The notes below the pieces were generated by a model that ran no database searches, was not told where the DNA came from, and saw only the letters and a program-made list of their open reading frames with translations. Both the position numbers and the translations under genes were made by a program. DNA of 64,000 nucleotides from Monocercomonoides exilis PA203 (lineage: Eukaryota; Protista; Preaxostyla): positions 1,364,001 through 1,428,000 of the forward strand of contig LSRY02000007.1 in the NCBI GenBank assembly GCA_001643675.2, written 5' to 3'. This document shows positions 12,418 through 25,300 of this stretch, one piece after another; positions within the stretch are counted from its first letter, which is position 1; each line of letters opens with the position of its first letter.

Positions 12418-15400
12418 TTCTTCTTCCTCTTCCTCCTCCTCCTCTTCTTCTTCTTCTTCTTCTTCTTCTTCTCCCTCTTCTTCTCATTCATCTGCCTTTG
12501 GCATGGATGTTATTCCTCTTCCTTCTCTCCTCTCGCACTATGATCCTTCTTTAGACCATCAAATGCCTCTTCTTCCGCCTTTTTTGACTCAAACTTCTTC
12601 TCTTCACGTTTCTCTACCTGTTTCCATCAGCGCTTCATTCGCTTCTGCTCAAAATTTGCAGTCTTCGGCTTCTTCTCTTTCTCCTCCTCCTCCTCCTCCT
12701 CCTCCTTCTGCTTCTGCTTCTTCTTCTTCTTCTTCTTCTTCTTCTTCTCCTTCTCCTGTTTCTTCTTCTTCTTCTTCTTCATTTCGAAGCAATGACATTT
12801 CTCTCTATTCCATCAGAACACACAACAACGAAGAACTTCTACAGCCAATCTTCTCTTTATCAACTTCTGCTTCTTCTTTGTCTTCATGCTTTTCTTCTTG
12901 TTATCCTTCTTGTTATCCTTCTTCTTCTTCCTCTTCTCCTTCTCCTTCTTCTTCTTCTTCAGCAGTTGAATTCGGAGAGTCACTTCAAATGAAAGCTAAT
13001 TCAATTGCTGAGACTGTTGCATCGATTAAGTGTTTGTGTGGAAGTGAGGGAGAGAAGAAGAGAGAGAAAGAAGAGGAGAAAGAGGATGAAGAAGAAGATG
13101 ATGACGAGGAAGACGAAGAAGACGAAGAAGACGAAGAAAAAGAGGAAGAGGAGAAGATCGAAAATGGAGAAATAGAAAAAGGAGAAGTCGTGAAAAGAGA
13201 GAGGGAAGAAAGAGAAGAAAGAGAAAAAGAAAAAGAAAAAGAAAAAGAAGAGAAGAACATGGATAAAAACAAAAGCTGTGAAGAAGAAGAAGAAGAAGAA
13301 AAAGAAAAAGAAGCATTTGACGACAACGCGGATGAGAACGTTCTGAGTTACGACGGAGGAGAAGATGTGAACGAAGAGCAGAAATATGACAAGTGGCTGG
13401 CAGAAGAGCTTGGGACAGAAGAGGAGTCGATTGACTGGAGAACGGAAAGCCAGCTTTTGGGGCTGGAGAGCGAAGAAGAGACGGAAGAGAGGAAGACGGC
13501 GGAGATGGCGTGGGAGCTGCAGAAGGAGGAGATGCGAAGGGCGAGTGTGGAGGTTGTGCAGATGGAGAGGGACAAGGCAGCGATGTGGAGGGGAAGAGAG
13601 GAAGAAGGAGAAAGGTGGAGAGGGAGAGAGAGAGAGGTAGAGGAAGTGCAAGTTGAAAAAAGGAGGGAAGAGAAGGAAGAGGATGATGATGAACTGAAGC
13701 AAGTGCAAAGAATTGCTGCCAGGAGAAGAAGAAATATTGAAAGATTGGATGATTCTTTGATTCGTTCCTCTTCTTCTTCCTCTTCCTCTTCCTCTTCCTC
13801 TTCCACAGCCTTAAAGCCCACACAGCGCGGGTTTGTCTCGTCGATGAAGCATTTCTTCTCGCAGCTTTCGAAGAAAGCCACTCCAACACAGCCACAAATG
13901 AGATCGAGGCTGAGCAGAAGGCAAACTGGAGAAAGGAAAAGTTCTAGTTCAAATTCTCGTTCTAGTCTAAGTTCATATACACGTGCAAGTATTAGCAGAG
14001 AAGAGAAGAATGCGAGGAAAAGAGAGAAGGAGAAGGAGAAAGAGGAGAGGAAGGAGAAGGAGAGGAAGGAGAAGGCGGAAAAACAACAAAAGAAAAGAGA
14101 AGAAAGAGAAGAAAAAGAAAGAAAAAGAAAAGTTGGAAAGCAAGAAAAAGAATCGAAGAATTCGCAGATAAAAGTTTTGAATGAAAAATACCTTGATCTA
14201 AACTCATCTTCCATTTATATTCCTGCCTCATTTGTACCTTCATCTTCTTCTTATTCTTCTTATTCTTCTTCATCTCCTTCTTCCATTTTCACCCCTCTTC
14301 TTGAGTCATCTCCACAGCAATCATGTTATTCTTCTTCCTCTTCCTCTCTTTCTCTTTCTTCACAATCTTCTTCATCCTCCTCCTCTTCTCCTTCTGCTGC
14401 TGCAACTTCAACAATAACAACGTCTTCTTCTTCTTCTTCTTCTTCTTCTTCTTCTTCTTCTTCTTCTTCTTCTTCTTCTTCTTCTTCTTCTTCTTCTTCT
14501 TCTTCTTCTTCTTCTTCTTCTTCTTCTTCTTCTTCTTCTTCTTCTTTAATTGCTTCACAATCGCAATCTCAATTGCAACAATCTTCATCATCTTCCTCGT
14601 CCTCATCGTCCTCATCTTCCTCCTCGTTGTCTTCTTCATCGTCTTCCTCGTCATCGCCCTCTTCCTCTTCCTCCTCCTCCAAATCTCTCACCACTCCCAC
14701 TTCTTCCTCTTCCTCTTCCTCCCTCCCCCCGCATTCCACTCCTCTTCCCACAAAAATACTCATCAAACCTTCTTCTTTGTCTCAAAAGCTTGTCTATTCA
14801 AATCTTCTTCAGCAAAACTCACCTCGTGTCCTCATACGCCCTACAAAGCATTATCTGCAGGAAATTCAGAAGAATTCTCAGTCAATTTCTGCTTCTTCAC
14901 CTTATTCGCATTCACTATCATCTTTCTCATCGTCATCTTCTACTTCTTCCTCCTCCTCTTCATCCTCCTCTTCCTCCTCCTCTTCCTCCTCCTCTTCCTC
15001 CTCCCCGTCTCCTTCTTCTTCTTCTCCTCCTCCTTCATTCAACAAATATTGTCCACCAATCACTTCTACACCTTCCAACTCCTCAGTTTCATACCCTTCT
15101 TCATCATCCTCCTCCTTTTCTTCTTCTTCTTCTCCTTCTTCTTCTATTCCTCCTTCCTTTTTGCCTTCCTCTTCCTTCACAGCCACTTCATCATCGCAGC
15201 TGTCTCAAAAGCAACCGCTTTATAAAACAGCCAGCAAAGATACCATTTCACTTCAGCCTTATCCTTCTCTATCAAATATTGAGTGTACATCTCCATTGTT
15301 AGCTTCATCATCTGCACCATTGTCATCATCATCATCTTCTTCTTCTTCTTCTTCTTCTTCTTCACTTTCTTATTCTTCGCTTCCTCCTCCTTCTTCTTCA

Positions 15401-16663
15401 CCTTCTTCTTCTTCTATTTCATCATCATCATCTTCTTCTTCTTCTTCAACCCAATCCACCAATGTATTATTAAACTCAACGCAATCATTGCCTTTGCCTC
15501 GCCCCTCCTCTTTCAGTTCCTCACCGCTGAGTCAAACATCTTCTTCAGCTCATGCTCCATCTCGTTCCTCTTCTCCTTCTTTCTTTCATTCTCTTATTCC
15601 GACTTTTTCTTTTTCTTCTTTTTCTTCTTCTTTCAGAACTTTCTGTTCTTTCCACAAATCTTCTTCTCCACATTCCGTTTCTCGCTCATCATCACTTGTC
15701 AAAGCTCAATTCAAGTTTTGGACTCCATCTGAAGAAGAAAAACAGCAATCCAAACAAAACAATAACCAAACAGCAAATAACGACGCATCTTCGTCATCTG
15801 TTTCTTCTTCTTCTACTCAAATGTCATCCTCATCATCATCATCGATGCAAAATGAGAATAGAAACAATAAGGAATCTTCAGAGGAAAGCTGCAAATCTGC
15901 TTCTATTCAATCTGGTTCTGTGTATGGTGCTCTTAATGCTGCTACTGATGCTTCAACAGAGAAAGAGAAAGAGAAAGAGAAAACAAGTGTGAGCTGTTCG
16001 GACTTACCGGATTCTGCCAATCAGTCTGTGAATGCCTCGGTTTCACCAGCACAGCCGCCAGCTTCTCCGCCTCTTTTTCCTCCTCTTCATCCTCTTTCTT
16101 TTGGTGCTTCTTATTCAAGTTCTGCTTCTTCTTTATCTCCTCCTCTTCCTTCTTCTTCTTCCTCTTACTCTTCCTCTTCCTCTTCCTCCTCTTCCTCCTC
16201 TTCTCCTTCCCAATCTTCGTCTTCCTCTTCATTGTTATACACACATTCTCCTATTCCCCAGCCTCCTCATCTTTCTGCAGCCAGTTCTTTCTCCTCTCTG
16301 TCTGCCTCGTCTTCTGCTGTACTTTCGTCCAGTGAGCGTTTTGGATGCAACTTCTTGTTTGAGCCGATGATGCTGTCGAAGTCGCAGGTTATTCAGCGAA
16401 AGTTGAAGAAAGATCTGAATAAGATGAAGAATAGTCGATTTGGTTATAGTTCCATGCGGATGCAGAGCGGGAAAGAAGGGAAGGATGGAGAAGAAATGAG
16501 TGGTGCTGAGAAAGATGAGGACAAGGAAGTGGGGGAAGAGAAGAAAGATGTTGAAGAAAGTGAAAAAGATGATGAAAAAGAACAGTTTTGTGATTCAGAT
16601 GATGATCAATCCGATCATGAATCTTTGTTTGTGAACACTTCATTTGAACATCTTCAAGTTTAA
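8191..16663 (+). CDS. CK1: Casein kinase 1 family kinase (~309-aa kinase region) with ~2,234-aa Ser-rich/acidic low-complexity tail (~2,543 aa total)
   Basis: Exons 8191-8311, 8371-8429, 8491-8742, 8816-8989, 9122-9261, 9485-9665 and 9959-16663 are in frame. Motifs: IGKGSFG, YATKVE, LVMEFLGPSLEDL, IHRDIKPEN, IDFGLSK, GTLRYISVN (CK1 SIN-type), RRDDL, LPWQ, PDY, FDW. Confidence 0.92.
9380..9436. repeat. (TTA)n microsatellite in CK1 intron 5
   Basis: Direct reading of the tandem ATT run. Confidence 0.9.
9707..9900. repeat. (TTCA/CTCA)n tetranucleotide satellite in CK1 intron 6
   Basis: Mixed TTCA/CTCA array. It produces the spurious HSFI/HSLT ORF 9631-10179. Confidence 0.92.
14423..14545 (+). 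repeat. Pure coding (TCT)n run of about 41 units (poly-Ser)
   Basis: Uninterrupted TCT array inside the last CK1 exon. Confidence 0.9.
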
Positions 16664-17642
16664 TTGTCAATTGTTTTATGAGTGTATCCAACTGTTGTTT
16701 ATTGAATTTCTTACCTTTTCTTACCTTTTCTTTCCTTTTATGCTTCATTGTTTTCATTTCAGTTTTGCTTTAGTTTGTATTTAATTGTTTGTTAGTTTGT
16801 GAATTTTTCAAAAATTAAGTTAAGTGAGTTGTCTAATATGACTTCTTTTTTATTCAGAAAGCTTTTTTTTTTTTCAGTTTTTGCTACTCTTTACAGAAAC
16901 AATAAACATTATCTATTTCTTATTGTTGTTTTATAAATAATTTTATTTAATTTATATTTATTTTTTTATTTTTGTTGTTTTTATATTTTCACTCATATTT
17001 TTTTTATATCTTTTTTGATATAATTTTTAGATAGTATTTTCAAATAATTTTTGTTTTTAAAAAACGTTTTACATTATTTTTAAATAGGCACTTCTTTCTT
17101 ATTCTTGCACTCTGAAAATTAACTTACAATTTTTGTTTTCAACAAGAAATGGTTGTTTCGTTTTTCTAGGGGGAAAGATGAAGAAAAGCTAGCTGAAAAG
17201 AAACAAATAGAACTTTTCTGAAAAAATGAAAAACTTTGAGGATAATTTTATTTTGTCAATCTTCTTTTTCATAAAGTAATTTGGCAAAAATTGAAACATT
17301 TAACTTCCATATATTGGGGTGGTGGGGGGATACGAACCATCAAGCGTTTTTTGAACGAATTTTTATTAGACTCACATCTTTATAAAACTATTTCAGATTT
17401 CACAAAAATTAACATTTCAAATCTGTGAACAAGAATCAATGGTATTATTGCAAAATGTTTTGTGACCTCACAAGTGTTTCAAACAAATTACAATTTTTAT
17501 TTTCATTTTTGATTTCATTAAGTCAAGAAAAAGTTGTAATTTTTTAATGAAAATGCTTGAAGTGAAATATATTGCCCCGAATAATGAATATTATTTTCAG
17601 AAGGATTCTATTCATCAAATATTTTTTTTCATATGAATATGA

Positions 17643-17906
17643 CAGATGGGTTTATCCTTTGAAAAGTCGCAAATGCCAAATGTCAAGGTTGAATGATAAT
17701 TAACATTTAATGACCACTTTATAATTTTAATCCATTAAATTTCTTCACAATGTTCTTATTCTTATATCAAATAGGTTTGAATATTAATATTTGAAATGCG
17801 ATTAGGTTTGATACGTTAATAACAGAAAGTGCTCAAATAATCTGCGTTTTAAGTTTGATCAAGATTCTTAATATTTGTGATGTTTCAAAAATAAATTAAC
17901 CGAATG
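17643..17906. mobile_element. Degenerate copy of the foldback element at 42342-42581
   Basis: Left arm CAGATGGGTTTATCCTTTGAAAAGTCGCAAATG and right arm ...TTTGATCAAG...ATATTTGTGATGTTTCAAAAATAAATTAACC resemble the two arms of the 42.3-kb element. Confidence 0.55.
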
Positions 17907-18206
17907 TGAAAAGTTTTTTTGGTACAGTTCTTATTGTGGAATTTTCAGGTGATTATTATAAATGCACATTCTGATTATTTTTTAGTTCTAACTTATGTTA
18001 AAGCACAATAATGAATGCAAAAACATTTTTCAGAATTTTTATCCATTGAAGAAAATTTTTGGAAGTTGTTTCTGAAATTTGATTTTGATATTCCATTTTC
18101 AGTTTCACAAAAACATTTCTCAAAAGGAACAAAAAGAAAATAATATTTCAGATAAATACAATATGTCAAAAGTTCAAAAACTTTTTGTTTATCCTGAAAT
18201 CATATA

Positions 18207-18631
18207 CAGTGAAGCTCGGTTATAATCACCTCGGTTGTAATTAAGACCGCGAATAATCACAATTTTTCGTGCATCAATATAATTTGCATTTTTCCTTGTG
18301 TAATTTCATCTGTTATAATCACCCAAAAATCGTGAATAATCACAATTTTGAAAATTTATGGGAATATTTCTGTCAGTTTTGAAAATTTTGAAAAAAAGAA
18401 AGTTGTTTTTTTCTGCTTTATAAAGAACAAAAATTTTCATTTTATCATTAAAAATTGAAAAATCGATTCAAATGTGTGGATTTTAATAAATATTGAAAAA
18501 AATTTTTTTTATCTTCAAAATAAAATTATGAAAAACTTTTCAATGAAATAGATGGTTCGGTTATAATCAAGTTCGGTAATAATCACAAAAAATCGTGCAA
18601 AATGGATTGTGATTATAACCGAGCTTGACTG
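18207..18631. mobile_element. 425-bp MITE, Tc1/mariner-pogo superfamily
   Basis: 23-bp TIRs CAGTGAAGCTCGGTTATAATCAC / GTGATTATAACCGAGCTTGACTG (22/23 match). TA duplication at 18205-18206 and 18632-18633. Subterminal copies of (CGG)TTATAATCAC. No ORF. Confidence 0.92.
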
Positions 18632-18864
18632 TATCAAAATAGCATTGAAGATATTTCATGATGCAAGAATCATTTGTGAAGTATGACATTTTTTCGGAGT
18701 GTGCATTTTTTTACTGTTTTTTCATATAAAATAGACAATCAGATGGTTGATATCAAGTGAATAACAAATTGATGAAGTGCCGTAAATAAAAAAATTGAAG
18801 AGGGCAAAAAAAAAATTGGAAATCTGTTGTCTTTAATCTAGTTTTTTAATTATCTTTCCACAAG

Positions 18865-19043
18865 GGGACGAAATTTTTAACTTTCTGAATTTTGTTCCAT
18901 TCAGAGTTTCCGAATAAATTTCTCATTTTTAAAAAAAATTTTTCAAAATATTTTTGAATGAGAATGGTTTATTTGTTACGATATGAAAGAAGAAAAAGTT
19001 TGGAACAAATCGTTTTTTTTAATAAAAACGAGAATTTTGTCCC
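18865..19043. repeat. ~180-bp imperfect palindromic dispersed repeat, copy 1 (copy 2 at 61376-61550)
   Basis: Ends GGGACGAAATT...AATTTTGTCCC with an internal TTTGTTCCA/TGGAACAAA inverted pair. Aligns by eye to 61376-61550. Confidence 0.65.
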
Positions 19044-19366
19044 AAGATTCTTTGATTCAAAACAATTTGTGAAGGATGTGAAGTTCAAAATTAGAAACTT
19101 AAACACTTTATAAAAACAAATGCATAGAAAGAAATATGATTCCATATTAGACAACATATTCTATGGAGATATTTCGTTCTCTTTTTGAAAGAATTTCAAA
19201 AATATTCAATTTCCATCCTGCAAAAGAAAACGAAAAGGTAAAAAGAAAAGAAAAAATTTATAATCACAAATTTGATGAAAAATACGATAATAAGTCATTC
19301 ATCTGATGAGTATCATTGTTTCCCATAATAATATGATTTCGTTATTTATTTCATTTTTATTGTTGC

Positions 19367-22300
19367 TTGCAAGCTGTTTTATGCATGAAATATGATTACT
19401 TTTACTTTACATTAAAATGCGCGATTTATATGATCACAATCAAACCGTTGTCTTGCACCGGCCTTGAGAGTGAATCGAGCGAATTGAACATATTCCAAAA
19501 CTACCAGAATGATATTTCAAGACAGAGCACGCTATTTGGCTTCGATGAAACCGAAAAATATGAATTATGTCACGCACAACAATTTCATAAAAGCAACCAT
19601 GCAAAGGAAAATCTTCTTGGATATTTGGATGGACAAGATATGGACGAAATGGCCTATATTCAAACAAAAATTAGAGCCATCAACTCAACAGCCTCTGTTG
19701 AAAGAGCATGCATTATTACTGAACGTGAAGATGCAACTTTTTTGCAAGATGGCTTTTCAAATGTTTCTGTGGTTAATTGCATTATTTTTATGAGAGAACA
19801 CCAACTAGACTACTCATTTGCTAAAACTGGAAGTTTCCTACAGTTTATGAATATATCACTCGTCTCGCGAATGGAATATATAGAAATCGATTCATTTGTA
19901 TCACTGAAAAGTGATTTTTCCACTTCATTTCCTTCTGCTACTGTTTTAATGTTATCTTCGTCCTTTTCCTCTATTTTAATATCGTCAACATTTTTCGCTT
20001 CATCGATAATTGGATCAACATTTGAGCTGCATGACTCCACTTTTTTCAATATTAGTGGGAAGCAAAACGTGAACAACCGCGAACAGGGGCTATTCTCTTA
20101 TTCTTCAGAAATTTTTAGTTGTACGTTCGATCATACGAGCGGAGTCTACGACGATGTGATATTTCCTTCGATTTCTTCTCATTTGCCTTCATTTTACAAT
20201 TATAACTCATCACATGTTTCTTGCACTCGATGGACAAGCAAGCACTATACAAACGAAACACTCAAAAGAGTTGTGTTGGATCCTTCTGATGATAAGGAGT
20301 TTGTCTTTGATTCTTGTAGCTGGAAGGGCATTAATGGAGATGATTCTGGGCAATGCATATTCATCGAAGTACAAATTCCTGACATTATAACTGTCACTGT
20401 GAAAGGGTGCTGTTTTGAAGATTGCCTTAGTTATGAAGGATCAGGAGGCGCGATATATGCAACAGGAAATGTGGCTGTAACACTCGAGAATACTTCGTTT
20501 AGAGAGATAAAGAGTGAAGGAAGTAATAAAAAAACAGGCTCATCTTCTGGAGCTGTGCATGTGATAAGCACACATAAACCAATAATCAAACAATGTTTTT
20601 TTCTTTTTTGTTATTCATTTGGAGATGCATGTGCTGTTTACGAACATAAAACAACCGAGAAACACCAAAGCAAGCCTGATTTTTTTGGAAGCCACTTTCT
20701 CGATCATCAAAAGGATAACTTGAAAGATGATGTTGAGCGTGCATATTCATCTTACTGCGAAGATAGTCGGAAAGAAGTAAGATGGAATGAGGAATCAAAC
20801 GGAAAATTTCGTGAAATTGAGCCGTTGTGCATTCAATGCATCTTTTTGAAGTGCCTCTCGCTTGGAAACGGCGGTGGAGTATATCTAAAAGATGTTTCTG
20901 ATAGTCCATTAATATCCGAATGCACATTTTCAGGGTGCAAAGCCAATTACGGAGGGGCTATTTATGTTGACATTGCAGGTACACATTTGTTGGGTGTAAA
21001 TAAATTATTTATTAAAGAGCCTCTTTATTGTGTGATTAATTGTTATTTTGCTGTTAATACTGCAGACAAACCCGGATACGATGCTTTTATTGTGAGTGAA
21101 ACAGATTATGATGATGGATTAAAATTCTTTTCGTTGTGCAAGATATCCAGAAGAGATGAAAAAGATGTTGCACAGAAGAAGTACAGCAAGCCAGATAAAA
21201 TTTTTTTCCTCACGAAATCATTTGAAGTCGCTAAGCGTGCAATTGTCTTGGATTCCACAGCTCAATTTAACGCCGCATGTGGCTCTTCAGCTCAGACGCC
21301 GTGCCAAACGATAAATCAAGCCATGGAGCATGTTTCTCAAAAAGAGAGCGTAAAGTTCTCAATTCCTTCTGATGCAAGAACTTATGTTTATTGTAAATGC
21401 TCAATAAAAGGGGTTGAAACTGAAATTGATGGAAACGGGGAAGGAGCAATTGTTGTTAATGTCAAAGGTTCTATGGATCCAGATAATTTTGTCTTCTCGA
21501 TCTCTGGTTCTACGTTTTCAATGCAGAATCTGATTATTTTGTATCCGAAAATGGAGTCATATCCATATAGAGCAATTTTTTATACTCCCCTTAAAGAATC
21601 ACCTGCAACAGTTTTATTGGATCATGTAATTTTCAAATGCGACAGTGGATCTGAAAGCACATCCAACATCAATTATCAGTCAAAATTTTATGAAATTGGT
21701 TCGATCTCAAACGGATTAGATTTTTTTGACTTTTTCTACATATCCAATTTTTCAACCATCACAATCACTGATTGCGATTTTTCTAATGTACCGAATGGAA
21801 CACTCCGTTCCGTAATTCGAGAATTTTGCTATCCGAAACTAACTGTTATTAACAGCACATTTCGAAATATTAGCACATATTTTCAGTTTTCTGCCTTTGT
21901 TAAGACAGAATTGTATCATCAAAGTTCAGTTGCATTGAGGAATATTTCAGCAAATTTGATAAAAACTGATACAGATGCTGGTGGCTTTTTAACAATAATT
22001 TTGTCGGAACATTCAAGTCTTGTTATTGCAAACAGCTCGTTTGAGTCATGTACCGCAATTGACTATGCTGGAGCATTAGAACTGACTGTAGAAAAAGGAG
22101 GATCTCTTATTCTTGATCAATTAACATTTATGGACAATCATGCCGAAGAATTTTGCGACATTGCATTCAAAACGAATTCATTACCTGATGTTAACATTCA
22201 GGCTATATTTGTCTTTGTGGATGAAGCAACAGATGGATCACAAATCGGCTGTTTTGATGATCTGAATTACAGAAATGGAATAAGCGTTACAGAGCTGCTG

Positions 22301-25300
22301 AAAATTTACACAAATAGAACAATATATATCTCATCTTCGCGGGGAACAGACTTCACGCGTTGCGGAACGAAGACGCTTCCTTGCCGCACTTTTGACTATG
22401 GCATGAAGCACCTCGATGCTCCAAGCACGATGGTAGTTATTGATCTGGTTTATCTAACGTTGCCTCAGATATTGGGTGAGTCAGAAGTCCGTTCGTCCAG
22501 CGAGATGGGGATCATGGGGAAAGTTGAGGTGAACTATAAATACAGCGACAGCTGGTCACACATCATTTCATTGGATGATAGTGTGACAGTCACATATATA
22601 AATTTAGTGTTGTGCCCAATGACTGAAAACACGATAGAAGCTGTTTATGTTACCAAAGGCACTTCAGTGTGGAGAGATGTGACGGTCTCTTTCACTCCAA
22701 TGAAAGAAGAGGAGTCTATCAACTATAAGCTCTTTTTCATTGGTGGAGGAGGAATAACATTCAATAACATGAAGATAATAGGGGAAAATACACTAATTTT
22801 AGACAATATATTCAGCTTAGGTCCTTATGCAGAGTTGCTTCAACTGAAGGATTCAACAATAGAAAAAGTGAGAACAAAATTTTGTTCAATAAGTGTTTCT
22901 GCAACCAATATTGGAGGAGCAATGGAAATAGGCGAACAACAAAGACAGAATGTCTTAATTTCGAATTTTTCAAACTTAATGAACAATTATTTAACGGATT
23001 CTCAAGGATTCGTTGAAAATGGAACAGAGAATTTGTCAGAGGGCCGTTTACTTCAATGCAAAGGAAGTATGCAACAGAAACTGGAAATTAATAGCTCGCT
23101 GTTCTCTTGGTTCACTTGCACAGATGGAAATGATCCTTGTGGCGGATGCGTTTGCTGGCGCGAAAAGAATCGAGATGAGTCTTTTTATTCAACAGCTGTT
23201 GAAGATGAAGAAGATGAAAACTCAGAGCTTTTGTTCAAGAATTGCACATTCAGTTATAACAGAATAGTTCCAGATGTTTACTTCGATAAAACAAAAGGAG
23301 GAGCAATCTATTTGGAATTCCATTCGCAAGCATTCCCTTTTATATTTCAGGAAGTTTCTGTTTTCAAGAACCAGGCAGATGAAGGGATTGATATATTCTT
23401 TAGATGTCCAAGCTTCAATAACATGGATGAAGCAGAGAAATTTGGAATTGACTTTCAGCATCCATTTTGGGTTGAGCAAAACTCTATCGCAGCTCAAAGT
23501 TCAGAAGATGGTAAAATTGTTGATTATCTCGTTTTTGCAACATACAGAAATCCGGTTATTTATGTGTGTCAGAAAGAATATCAAATGAAAAAGCATGAAG
23601 ATGACATTTCTTCATCATTTTCTTCATTTTCTTCTTCTTCTTCTTATTCATCTGATTATTCTTCGAAGTGTTCAAACAGAGATTTTTTTGAGCAAACCGG
23701 CGGTTGGGACATCTTTTTTTGTGGGAAAAAAGATAGACCATGCTGTTCAGTGAATTATGCACTCACTCATTTAGAATCTTCATCAGCGGAATTCGAAGCT
23801 TCAACGACTTCATCAATTCCTCAAGAAGAACACCGTTTTTATTATCACAATTCAGATACAGTTCAAAGCGCATCAATCAATGGAGATGAAGACGAGCAGC
23901 TTACACTGCGTGTTATTGGCGAGCCGGCTGTTTATAATTTTATAACTTGGGATTCACTTTTTGTTGAAGGAGAAACAGACAATGCAGGGCTACGATTTGT
24001 TTTCAGTTGGACGAAAGAAAATGAGAACGAGTCATTCAGAAAGTTGAGTGAGAAGAGAGAAGCGAATGAAGAGGATGATCCATTTGTGACAATCAAAGGA
24101 ATGTGTGCAATAAAAGGCACTGATTTGAAGGTTAGCGATGATATCGGTTCGGCATATCTCTTTTTGGTAAGTGAGGAAAGCTCGCTTACGGTTAAGAAAT
24201 GCACTATCACTTCGGTAAAACAGCTGGCAACCATTCCGACAGTGTTTAAAATTGTGTCTGGAACTCTCTCTTGTGATGCGATGTGCCTCACTGAAGTTCT
24301 GTTTTATGGCAACGCCTTTTTCATAGACTGCTTGGGGATAGAGGATGAAAGCAAAGTGAATGTGCAACTTAAAAATTGCACTTTGAAGAACATAACGGTA
24401 TATGATCATAAATCGCTGATAGTATTTTCCGTTAAACAGAAGAGTTCAGGAGTAAATAATGAAAGCCAATACATTTCAGAATCCTCTTCTTTTTCCTCTT
24501 CAGCATCTTCCTCAAATTTAAACCAAATTCCTCGGACTAATTTTTCTTCATCTTCTCTTTCACCAAACATTTCACAACGAGCTGCTCATTCATCAATTCC
24601 ACTTCGTGTTCCTCTTCAATTCATAAGCTCAAACATTTCTCTTAACTCACATAATCCTGAAAACGGCTTATTTTTAGCAGCGAGTGGCTGCAGTTGTGTC
24701 GAAATCGAAGACTGCAGCTTTTTATTTGTGGAAGCTCAGACTTTAACGAAAAATGCACTGAAAGAACACGCAGATAACATTTGCGTGTGGAACACATCCT
24801 TTTTGTGTTTTGTCAGTTGCTCTGCGTATGTGCGGAATACGAGATTCAGAACAAAGCTTGTGGGCGCAGTTTACACAGAGGATAGCTACTTGTCAATTGA
24901 TGTTCAGTCATTGAAAGGGAATTCGGTTGGATTGACTGATTTTCCAAGTGTCGCGCATAACGTGGTCTGTAAAAGCGAGGAATCAAAAAAGGAGGAAGGA
25001 AAGGGTGTCATTGAGCTTGTGAACAACGCTGGAAGTTCGACGAATTCAGAATTTTCCTCCAAAAGCGGGAAAAACAGACGATTGAACATAAACAACAGAA
25101 TTAATGAAGAAAGCAACGAAGAATTTCCAAACAATTTCTGGATTGAAAACAAGAACTGCTCACTTATTGGATTTCCAGGAGATTTGATGTCGAGTTTGTT
25201 CACACCTCTGCCTGAGAATGTGTCAAAGGCCAAAAATGGAGAAGAAGTTGAAGTTACAATGACAGGGAAATGTCTTTTGAACTGTTATTTGATAATGCGC

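Noticed and set aside
11928-16370. Many overlapping poly-Leu/Phe/Lys/Glu ORFs (also at 28600-31400)
   Set aside because: They are alternative-frame and antisense shadows of TCT/GAA repeats inside real genes.
17315-17380. Minus-strand GGTTCGTATCCCCCCACCACCCCA resembling a tRNA 3' end
   Set aside because: The T-stem does not pair and no acceptor, D or anticodon arms could be built. tRNAscan-SE would settle it.
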